Below, piece after piece: positions 18,231 to 26,103 of a stretch of DNA of 64,000 nucleotides. The stretch comes from an uncultured Gammaproteobacteria bacterium. GTDB lineage: Bacteria > Patescibacteriota > Microgenomatia > JALYQM01. The stretch's first letter is position 1, and every line of letters begins with the position of its first letter. The position numbers and the translations under genes were made by a program. The stretch covers positions 1,472,826 to 1,536,825 of the forward strand of contig CAYOFQ010000001.1 of assembly GCA_964403585.1 (NCBI GenBank). Reading direction: 5' to 3'. The notes beneath the pieces are model-generated. The model was not told the DNA's origin. It was given only the letters and a program-made list of their open reading frames with translations, and ran no database searches.

Positions 18231-18617
18231 ATGAAACAAGCCATCCAAACCTCATCCGCCCCTGCCGCTATCGGCCCGTATTCGCAAGCAATTAAAGTTG
18301 GAACAACGCTGTATATTTCCGGTCAAATACCACTCGACCGGCAAACCAATACACCCATAGAGGGAGATATTGCCGCACAAACACGACAGATTTTTAAAAA
18401 TATTGAAAATATTATTAAAACAGCCAACCCACATGCTTCATTACAAAATGTAGTAAAAACAACCGTCTTCTTAACTGATCTCAACGATTTCGCGGCGGTT
18501 AATGAAGTATTCAAGGAAGTATTTCAGGAACCCTTCCCTGCCCGTTCTACCATCCAGGCTGCAGCACTACCAAAAGGCATGACGATAGAAATCGAAGCTG
18601 TCACTTCACTTGAGTAA
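18231..18617 (+). CDS. ridA: RidA family protein (reactive enamine/imine deaminase, YjgF/TdcF)
   Basis: MKQAIQTSSAPAAIGPYSQAIKVG...ISGQIP matches the RidA signature. The internal Met is preferred over the ORF start at 18186. Confidence 0.8.
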   Translation: MKQAIQTSSAPAAIGPYSQAIKVGTTLYISGQIPLDRQTNTPIEGDIAAQTRQIFKNIENIIKTANPHASLQNVVKTTVFLTDLNDFAAVNEVFKEVFQEPFPARSTIQAAALPKGMTIEIEAVTSLE

Positions 18618-18623
18618 AAACTG

Positions 18624-18905
18624 ATGTATAATGCAAACATGAATGCAACAGTAGTAAAACGTGACGGATCCAAAGAAATTTTTAATCGGGATAAAGTATG
18701 TGGTGTACTTATGGCTGCCGGACTTCCTCAGGATCAGGCCGAGGGTATAACCAATACTGTAGAGTCCTGGATCCAGAGCAACAATTTAGAGGAATTCAAA
18801 TCACTCGAGCTACGAGATAAGATTCTGGAGGAATTAACAAAAGTTAATAAAGAAGTCGCCGACCTATATCAATGGTATGAAAGCACCAAAGATAAGAAAG
18901 CATAA
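18624..18905 (+). CDS. ATP-cone domain protein (stand-alone)
   Basis: ATVVKRDGSKEIFNRDKV matches the ATP-cone N-terminal consensus. Confidence 0.5.
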   Translation: MYNANMNATVVKRDGSKEIFNRDKVCGVLMAAGLPQDQAEGITNTVESWIQSNNLEEFKSLELRDKILEELTKVNKEVADLYQWYESTKDKKA

Positions 18906-18906
18906 A

Positions 18907-18946
18907 AAAGTCCCCTTTAGTTCTAAAGAGGACTTTTGTTGTTTTC
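18907..18946. terminator. bidirectional hairpin terminator
   Basis: aaagtcccctttag ttc ctaaagaggacttt followed by tgttgtttt. Confidence 0.6.
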
Positions 18947-18956
18947 AATGATTCTT

Positions 18957-19775
18957 TTAATTTTCCAGATAACGGGCTGTCTTAACCATTCCAACACCGG
19001 TAAGTAAGGTCATAAACGCATATACCAAAGGCATTACCGAGAAACTACCTGTTGAAGGCAACTCGGTAGCAACACCAAGTACTACTCCACCTTGTGGAAC
19101 AACATTCCCGCTACAATCCCGTACACTGCATCCAAGATTATCTGAAAGACCGCTACTTACACCAGCCACCGAAGCCACTGTTGTAGGTGCAGGTGTTACA
19201 GTCGGAACACTGGTTGGTGCTACGGTAACTACCGGAGTTGCAGTAGGAACAACAGTCGGTACCGGCGTTGCAGTAACAACAGGCGTTGCTGTTGGGGCAA
19301 CAGTCACTACCGGAGTAGCTGTCGGAGCAACCGTGGGTGTAGCAGTAGGGGCTACAGTAGCTGTCGCTGTCGGATTAGGGGAAGCTACCGTACCACAAGG
19401 ACCATGGGAAAGATTAAACTCTCCTCCCCATCCATTATATATAGAGGTAGTCGCAGATGTTACAGTCGAAGTAAGATGAGCCGTAGTGGTGTAGTGAGCG
19501 GTTTTACCGGTATATTTGTCTATACCAACCGACTGACTTCCTCCATTTGCCCATGAAACCTGAATCTGAGCAGGTGCATTAGATTGTGAGTCTATTTGAG
19601 TAATTACAAAATGCCATTCTGAAGAATCACAACTATGGCTGGTAAGAGCCTTAGCGGAAATTGAACTTGCAGCGCTTACACTAGCCACCATCGGGACCGA
19701 AACAGTCACCATCAGGGCAATAAGAGCCACACGCATAGATTGTACAAAAGAACGCTGAGAAGCTGCCTTTCTCAT
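18957..19775 (-). CDS. LPXTG-anchored cell-surface protein, paralog of 12045..12881
   Basis: Starts MRKAASQR with a signal peptide. PTATPVVTV repeats. C-terminal LPSTG + TM + KTARYLEN. Confidence 0.8.
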   Translation of the reverse strand: MRKAASQRSFVQSMRVALIALMVTVSVPMVASVSAASSISAKALTSHSCDSSEWHFVITQIDSQSNAPAQIQVSWANGGSQSVGIDKYTGKTAHYTTTAHLTSTVTSATTSIYNGWGGEFNLSHGPCGTVASPNPTATATVAPTATPTVAPTATPVVTVAPTATPVVTATPVPTVVPTATPVVTVAPTSVPTVTPAPTTVASVAGVSSGLSDNLGCSVRDCSGNVVPQGGVVLGVATELPSTGSFSVMPLVYAFMTLLTGVGMVKTARYLEN

Positions 19776-19806
19776 ACTTTGCCTCCTTTAGGCTATAATG
19801 GAGGCA

Positions 19807-19846
19807 ATAATAGCACAAATAAGCTTTTTTGTCAATACTATAGGAT
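19807..19846 (-). promoter_or_regulatory. promoter TTGACA-N17-TATTAT fused to conserved palindromic motif ATCCTATAGTAT
   Basis: Minus strand: ATCCTATAGTA TTGACA aaaaagcttatttgtgc TATTAT ... AAGGAGG ... ATG at 19775. Confidence 0.65.
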
Positions 19847-19849
19847 AAT

Positions 19850-20236
19850 TTACCCCACCACACGCTCGCGAGGTGGAATAAATCGTTGTGCCTGGAATAC
19901 CCAATACTCATCGCCGGTAACCAGTCGAAGTGCAGCTTTCTCTGGGCTCCCCACACCATGAAGAGCATACTGATCAGCCGTGACTGCATATTCTAAAGCT
20001 TGCATATCCACCAACCGGCGAATTTGCGGCGCATGCTCCTCAGGATATAACACTCTCCGTCCTTCCGGGGTTATCGCCATTCCTACCCAATGAGTCAAAT
20101 ACGCTACCCGGGTATCAACCATTTGACCTCGATAAGGCATCATATGCACATATACTATACCGAGATGATCAACAAATTGATCAAAATCTACCCCAATATC
20201 ATAGGCAGATGCTCCAACAGTGACCCGTGCAGGCAT
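19850..20236 (-). CDS. hypothetical protein (GC-rich), possibly the C-terminal part of a disrupted gene
   Basis: 128-aa ORF with locally elevated GC. It lies 27 nt downstream of, and out of frame with, the 73-aa ORF at 20264..20485. Confidence 0.35.
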   Translation of the reverse strand: MPARVTVGASAYDIGVDFDQFVDHLGIVYVHMMPYRGQMVDTRVAYLTHWVGMAITPEGRRVLYPEEHAPQIRRLVDMQALEYAVTADQYALHGVGSPEKAALRLVTGDEYWVFQAQRFIPPRERVVG

Positions 20237-20263
20237 CGTCTCCCGGGTTAAATAATACGGAGC

Positions 20264-20485
20264 TCACTCTCCTTCTTGAATACGTACAGTGTCAGGCGCA
20301 ATAACCTGTACCCCGCGGGCAACAGTATAAGCAGTAACCAGCGGATGAGTGGAAGCAATCCAATCACCATTGGTCCTGATCTTTAACCCCCTGCGCGGGG
20401 AAATCGGTACTAATTCGGCCGGAATTTTCTCAGTATCACTTGAAGGGATTGATCGTAATACCCAAATGCGCGATTCACCTTCCAT
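20264..20485 (-). CDS. hypothetical protein (GC-rich), possible N-terminal fragment
   Basis: 73-aa ORF directly upstream of 19850..20236 on the same strand. Confidence 0.3.
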   Translation of the reverse strand: MEGESRIWVLRSIPSSDTEKIPAELVPISPRRGLKIRTNGDWIASTHPLVTAYTVARGVQVIAPDTVRIQEGE

Positions 20486-20554
20486 ACTTTATATAATACA
20501 TGATTATAATATTTTTTTACAGTATTAGTTATATAATTAAATTCAAAAACATTC

Positions 20555-20584
20555 TTGACACCAAAGCACAAACTTTGTTACACT
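20555..20584 (+). promoter_or_regulatory. promoter TTGACA-N18-TACACT containing palindrome ACAAAcTTTGT
   Basis: TTGACA at 20555. Perfect 5+5 inverted repeat at 20568-20578 overlapping the spacer and -10. AAGGAG RBS at 20621. Confidence 0.5.
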
Positions 20585-20637
20585 AAACCCAAATAAAACC
20601 CAAATATAGTTACTTGCCCCAAGGAGTCTGACCTTTT

Positions 20638-20892
20638 ATGCAGGTAAACGAAAAAGTTTCGGTTCTGACCATCTTCAACGCCGCTCAAAACAAAGTATTG
20701 CCCTACCTTATAAAATGGCGCAATCGCAAATACACCATTACCAAAATTGGCTTCCGACACAAAGTCAACGTTGGCACCACCTTACACCACATCTTTTCCG
20801 TCACCGACGGCAACACCTTTTTCCGGCTCAATTTCGACACCAGCAATCTGCACTGGACCCTTGAGGAAGTAACCAACGAAGGAGAAACGTAA
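20638..20892 (+). CDS. small protein (84 aa) co-transcribed upstream of dinB
   Basis: Good RBS. Ends 220 nt before the dinB start. No recognised motif. Confidence 0.45.
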   Translation: MQVNEKVSVLTIFNAAQNKVLPYLIKWRNRKYTITKIGFRHKVNVGTTLHHIFSVTDGNTFFRLNFDTSNLHWTLEEVTNEGET

Positions 20893-21113
20893 ATTGAAAC
20901 GAAGTTCATTTGTTTTTGCCAGATCTGCCTGATTGGATTTGCGCAGCGAGGACATCCGCTGAAGGTCGCTCTGCAGTCGCGACCGAATGTAATGGTTACT
21001 GGTCAAAAGAGCCATTAGCAAGGGAACCGTTAAGCAAGGAAGAGCGAGCATCCGCAGCCAGCAAAACAATCAGGCAGATCAAAGACAAAAAACAAGTTTC
21101 AAAAGGAGCATCT

Positions 21114-22343
21114 ATGAACCTACCATTTAGCCCCGCCACCCCTAAAATCCTCCACATCGACATGAACTCCTGCTTCGCAACCATTGAACAGCAAGCCAAC
21201 CCCCTGCTCCGCAATAAACCCATTGCCGTCGCCGCATACACAACCCCCAACGCCTGCATACTCGCACCGTCATATGAAGCCAAGCGCTGTGGAATAAAAG
21301 TTGGCATGTCCGTATGGCAGGGACGACTCTTATGTAAAGATTTAATTATTCTTCCCCCTGACCCGGCTAAATACCGGGTAGCACATGTACAGTTTGTAAA
21401 CATACTGCAAAAATATGCACCGGTAGTTGTACCTAAATCAATTGATGAAGCTGTTCTGGATTTCCGCGACACCCAATACACCGATCTTGTCTCAATCGGC
21501 TACGCCATCAAAAAAGAAATTCGTAACAGCATCGGAGAATGGGTCTCCTGCAATGTTGGTATTGGCCCGAATAGATTCTTGGCTAAAACCGCTGCCGGCC
21601 TAAACAAACCTGACGGACTTGATATCATTACCCGCTACAATGCTGAAAATGTCTATCTCTTCCTCACACTTACCGACCTCTGCGGGATCAACACCCGCTT
21701 CGAGCGACGACTCCATAATGCCGGCATTTTTACCGTACCGCAATTCTATGAAGCATCACTTCAGAAACTTCATAAAGAAGTTTTCCAAAGCATTGCCGGA
21801 TTCCATTGGTACCACCGCCTCCGCGGCTACGAGGTAGATTCTATTGAATTTGAAAGAAGAAGTATTGGACACGAATACTCCTTACACAAAAAAACCGCCA
21901 ATCAATACGAACTTTCCAGGATTCTTATGAAAATGTGTGAGAAAGTTGGACGCCGGCTTCGACGAAACAACTTAATCGCCCACGGTGTCTACTTACGGGT
22001 CGGCTACACCGATAACGACGACTTCCACCAAAGCCATACGTATAATAGCATTATGTATTCCAGCCTGGATATATATAAACACGCGCAAAAAATCCTCAAT
22101 TCACAACCCGAACCAAAAACAGTCAGACTCCTCGCCGTGGGCGTCTTTGATCTCGAACCTAATCATCCGCATCAGATCGAACTGTATAATCCGTACAAAG
22201 ATACCTTAGTCAAAGCCATGGATACAATTAACGATCGGTATGGGGAATTCATTGTCACCACCGGAAGGATGATGGGAACCACCGGTGAAGCACCGGACCG
22301 TATTGCCTTTGGAAAAATGCACGACCTTAAATATGACGATTAA
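21114..22343 (+). CDS. dinB: DNA polymerase IV (Y-family translesion polymerase)
   Basis: ILHIDMNSCFATIEQ matches the UmuC/DinB N-terminus. AAAGGAG RBS at 21102. The upstream in-frame extension from 20910 has no RBS. Confidence 0.8.
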   Translation: MNLPFSPATPKILHIDMNSCFATIEQQANPLLRNKPIAVAAYTTPNACILAPSYEAKRCGIKVGMSVWQGRLLCKDLIILPPDPAKYRVAHVQFVNILQKYAPVVVPKSIDEAVLDFRDTQYTDLVSIGYAIKKEIRNSIGEWVSCNVGIGPNRFLAKTAAGLNKPDGLDIITRYNAENVYLFLTLTDLCGINTRFERRLHNAGIFTVPQFYEASLQKLHKEVFQSIAGFHWYHRLRGYEVDSIEFERRSIGHEYSLHKKTANQYELSRILMKMCEKVGRRLRRNNLIAHGVYLRVGYTDNDDFHQSHTYNSIMYSSLDIYKHAQKILNSQPEPKTVRLLAVGVFDLEPNHPHQIELYNPYKDTLVKAMDTINDRYGEFIVTTGRMMGTTGEAPDRIAFGKMHDLKYDD

Positions 22344-23119
22344 CGATTCTGCTCACGGCTTACAAACTGGTATGTTCCGATCATCAGGAAAACGACACCC
22401 ACCACCGCAATAACCAGTAAGTTAAGCCAAACCGGGAAAAGAACTACCTTATCATAAGTTGAACTTCCGGCATAATAAATGCCGCGCAGCAAATCCACCG
22501 CATAACGCATTGGCGAAATTAAAGACAAAATATCTAACGGAAATGGCAGCACCTTAATCGGATTGAAAATTCCTGCCAGAAAAAACTGCGGGAAAATAAG
22601 GAAAGGAAAAATTTCCCGACTCGAACGTCCACTACCCAAATTAGAAACAACTAAAATACCAAACGCCCCACCAAAGAAACAGCACAAAATCATAAAAGGC
22701 AGTAACTGTACCAACTGCAGTACGTTAAAAGGAATTTGCATCACAAATCCAAACAAAATAATCCCAATCACCTGAGCAAAGGCCACCAGTGATTCACCCA
22801 AGATCTTACCAATAATAATCGAGTACCTCGAAACCGGTGACACAAAAATCTCTTGGGAAAAATCCTGTTCCCGGTCTTCCATTAACGAAATAATTCCCGC
22901 TGCTGTTGATTGAAATAACGTCTGGCCAACCACACCAATAAACGTAAACAACATGAAATTATATCCAAGCTCCTTTCCAACATTTGCCTGGAGACTTCCG
23001 CCTAGAACACCAATGAAAATTATCGGAAAAAGAAACGTTGCCACAATTCTTCCCCGATCACGAAGAAACTTCAATAAATCACGATACGCGATGGCAATAA
23101 TTGCGTGCAGTTCCTTCAT
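22340..23119 (-). CDS. ABC-2 type transporter permease
   Basis: 6-TM ABC-2 pattern. 4-nt overlap with the upstream ATPase gene. Confidence 0.7.
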   Translation of the reverse strand: MKELHAIIAIAYRDLLKFLRDRGRIVATFLFPIIFIGVLGGSLQANVGKELGYNFMLFTFIGVVGQTLFQSTAAGIISLMEDREQDFSQEIFVSPVSRYSIIIGKILGESLVAFAQVIGIILFGFVMQIPFNVLQLVQLLPFMILCCFFGGAFGILVVSNLGSGRSSREIFPFLIFPQFFLAGIFNPIKVLPFPLDILSLISPMRYAVDLLRGIYYAGSSTYDKVVLFPVWLNLLVIAVVGVVFLMIGTYQFVSREQNR

Positions 23120-24051
23120 TGTTTCTCCTCTACAATAGTTAAGTACGCCTCTTCCAAACTCGGCGAATGGATACGCAACACCGATAACGGTACTGTAATT
23201 CCCTGAATCAACTGTTGGGCCGAATGTCCGTTCAAACGGATATGGAACGGCCCCTCTCCTTCAAGCTTCAATCCCAAAGCTTCAACATCAATCCGTAACT
23301 TCAATCGGTCTTCCGCATCGACAATCACATACTCAGTTGTTAAGTCATGTTTTATTGAATCAGGAGTACCTAATTTCACAACCTTACCTTTATTAATAAT
23401 ACATACCCGATCACAATCCTCTACCTCATCCAGATAATGTGTCGTCAGGAAAATCGTCGTTTTTTCTGTTTTACGCACATTTTGAAGATATTCCCACAAA
23501 CTCGCCCGTGCCAACGGATCAAGCCCTACAGTAGGTTCATCCAGAAACAATACCTTCGGATGATGCATTAAACTCCGGATAATTTCCAGCTTACGCTTCA
23601 TACCACCGCTGAATGTCTTGATTGGCTTAAATATCTCCTTCTTTAAATCCAGAACTTCGGCTAATTCATACACTCGTTTCTGGTAAATAGGTGACATACC
23701 TTTAAAAGTAGCTGCAAACGGCTCAATTCCGTACAAAACCGCATGCAGACGAATATTTTCCTCTGCGGTTAAATTTTGATCTAAACTCGGATTCTGAAAA
23801 ATAATCCCGACATTTCTACGTACCAGCGCTGCTTGTTTATCCAAATCAAACCCGGCCACCATCGCCGTACCACCGGTTTTAGAAAGCGTCGTCGTGAGAA
23901 TCGAAATTGTCGTCGTTTTGCCTGCTCCATTCGGCCCAAGCAACGAAAAGAACTCCCCTTCCGCTACATCAAACGAAACCCCATCCACTGCGTTTTGCTC
24001 AGCTTTTTTATATTTCTTAACTAAATTACTTACCGAAATTATTGCAGACAT
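23116..24051 (-). CDS. ABC transporter ATP-binding protein
   Basis: Walker A GPNGAGKTT. Signature LSGGMKRKL. Walker B LFLDEPTVGLD. Confidence 0.85.
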   Translation of the reverse strand: MSAIISVSNLVKKYKKAEQNAVDGVSFDVAEGEFFSLLGPNGAGKTTTISILTTTLSKTGGTAMVAGFDLDKQAALVRRNVGIIFQNPSLDQNLTAEENIRLHAVLYGIEPFAATFKGMSPIYQKRVYELAEVLDLKKEIFKPIKTFSGGMKRKLEIIRSLMHHPKVLFLDEPTVGLDPLARASLWEYLQNVRKTEKTTIFLTTHYLDEVEDCDRVCIINKGKVVKLGTPDSIKHDLTTEYVIVDAEDRLKLRIDVEALGLKLEGEGPFHIRLNGHSAQQLIQGITVPLSVLRIHSPSLEEAYLTIVEEKQ

Positions 24052-24296
24052 ATGCTAAGTATATCACTTAGGGAAGTGTAACACCCCGAATTAATATCCT
24101 GAGAGCAAAGCTTATTCTTTTTACAAAGTTGAACCCTTTCCGCCCTACGAAAAGATTATGGATATAGAAATCTAGATGTCGAGAAAACATTAAGGATAAA
24201 ATTACTGGAGCTTGTGAGGCACACAAAACGAATAAGCAAGCCTCAGCAGGCAAATAAAAGTAATTATTTCAATCAAAACGGTGTACAATAGATGCA

Positions 24297-26060
24297 ATGC
24301 CCAGACTAACCTTCTTTAGAATCATCCTCATAATCCTCGCACTCCCCATTGTCACCTTCCTGGCCTTCGAACTCTATTTCTTCAACGCCGCCTATCCAAA
24401 CCTGCGCATCGGGGATATTGACGTTGGAGGAAAAAGCCGCCGGCAAATCGAAGAAATACTCAAAAAAGAGACGGAATTCCGACAGAACAAAGTAGTTATC
24501 GTCTCAGTTAATAAATCCAACTATGCCTCGCTTAAATTAACCAAGGAATTGGTAACCTATAACATCTCCGAAACCGCTAATGAAGTAATCGCCTACGGCC
24601 GAACCGGATCTATTAATGAACGGATGCAGGAACGGCTCAATCTCTGGAACGGTCCTCGAACTATAAAACCAGTTTATACTTTCGACTCACTTACCTTTGA
24701 TACACTTTTAGCCGACGAACTTCGCCAATACGAAAAACCAATCATTGAAACAGAACTGATTTACACAGTCTCCGGACCGGTATTAACTCCATCTAAACCT
24801 GGTACTGTCGTAAATCGGGATAAAGCTACCCGGGCAGTAGAAAAATACCTGGACTTTAAAGGAGTGTTAAATACCATTGCGTTACAGACAGAAAATAAAA
24901 ATCCTAAAGTAACCAGAGAAAACAGTCAGGAAGTTCTCGAACTTGCCAGACGGGCTGTTTCCCGCCCAATAACTTTATATTCACCTAAAATTGCCGACAG
25001 GTCCTGGACTCTCGACGGACCACAATTATTTGATTTCCTGGAAGTTAAATATAATGAGGCATATAAAAAACCCACATTAATCATCGCCGATTACAAAGTC
25101 GCCTCATATTCGGGAAGAATAGCCCCCTTAGTTAAAAAAGATGTCAAAGAAGCTAAGTATGAAACAATTGGGAACAAAGTTGTAGTCATTGAACCATCCG
25201 CCAGCGGGCAGGAACTAGATACCGAAAAACTAACCCAACAATTATCGTGGGCACTCTTCAGTCCTTCGCAAAATAGTCGCATCGATCTGCCAATCAAAAC
25301 AATCGAGCCGGCTTTAGCCGCCAATACCGTTAATCAATATGGTATTCGTGAAGTAATCGCTTCAGGTACCACACATTTCCAGGGATCATCAGATGCCCGT
25401 ATTCACAACATCGAAACCGCCGCCGAAAAACTCAATGGAACAGTCATAAAACCAGGTGAGGTTTTCTCCATGTACCGTGCTATCGGCAACATCGAAAAGT
25501 CTACCGGATTCGAAGACTCGTATATTATTAAAAACGGCCGAACAGTCGTTGGTGTCGGTGGCGGAGTTTGTCAGGTATCAACTACATTATATCGTGCTGC
25601 CTTAAGCGCAGGATTTAAAATTAATGAACGACATCCGCACAGTTATCGTGTTAAATACTACGAACAGGATGCCCCACCCGGGCTCGATGCAGCCATCTTT
25701 TTCCCGACTGCAGACTTTAAATTTACCAATAATACCGATAATGTTGCCTTAATCCAAACCCAACTGGACAAAAAAAACTTCCAGCTGACCTTTAATATTT
25801 ACGGTGTAAAAGACGGGCGTACAGTGGAAATCAGCCACCCTGACATTCGCAACCGTGTTGCCCCACCAAAAGAAGTGCGCATTCAAAGTACCTCAGTTCC
25901 GAAAGGTATAATCCGCCAAACCGAATATGCTGCTGAAGGATCGGACATTTACTTCAGTCGCAAAGTCACTAAAAATGGCAAAGAATTAATTAATGAAACA
26001 GTCAAAACCCATTATTATCCTTGGCAGGCTGTATTTCTCATCGGGACCAAGGAAAATTAA
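24297..26060 (+). CDS. VanW family protein with N-terminal TM anchor
   Basis: VVGVGGGVCQVSTTLYRAAL matches the VanW domain core. Confidence 0.7.
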   Translation: MPRLTFFRIILIILALPIVTFLAFELYFFNAAYPNLRIGDIDVGGKSRRQIEEILKKETEFRQNKVVIVSVNKSNYASLKLTKELVTYNISETANEVIAYGRTGSINERMQERLNLWNGPRTIKPVYTFDSLTFDTLLADELRQYEKPIIETELIYTVSGPVLTPSKPGTVVNRDKATRAVEKYLDFKGVLNTIALQTENKNPKVTRENSQEVLELARRAVSRPITLYSPKIADRSWTLDGPQLFDFLEVKYNEAYKKPTLIIADYKVASYSGRIAPLVKKDVKEAKYETIGNKVVVIEPSASGQELDTEKLTQQLSWALFSPSQNSRIDLPIKTIEPALAANTVNQYGIREVIASGTTHFQGSSDARIHNIETAAEKLNGTVIKPGEVFSMYRAIGNIEKSTGFEDSYIIKNGRTVVGVGGGVCQVSTTLYRAALSAGFKINERHPHSYRVKYYEQDAPPGLDAAIFFPTADFKFTNNTDNVALIQTQLDKKNFQLTFNIYGVKDGRTVEISHPDIRNRVAPPKEVRIQSTSVPKGIIRQTEYAAEGSDIYFSRKVTKNGKELINETVKTHYYPWQAVFLIGTKEN

Positions 26061-26103
26061 TCGTTATTGCTATTCGTTAAAGCATAAATGATAATAGCCA
26101 TAT

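Noticed and set aside
20910-21113. Long N-terminal extension of dinB (ORF from 20910)
   Set aside because: A strong AAAGGAG RBS precedes the internal ATG at 21114, which begins the conserved polymerase N-terminus. The extension has no RBS and odd composition.
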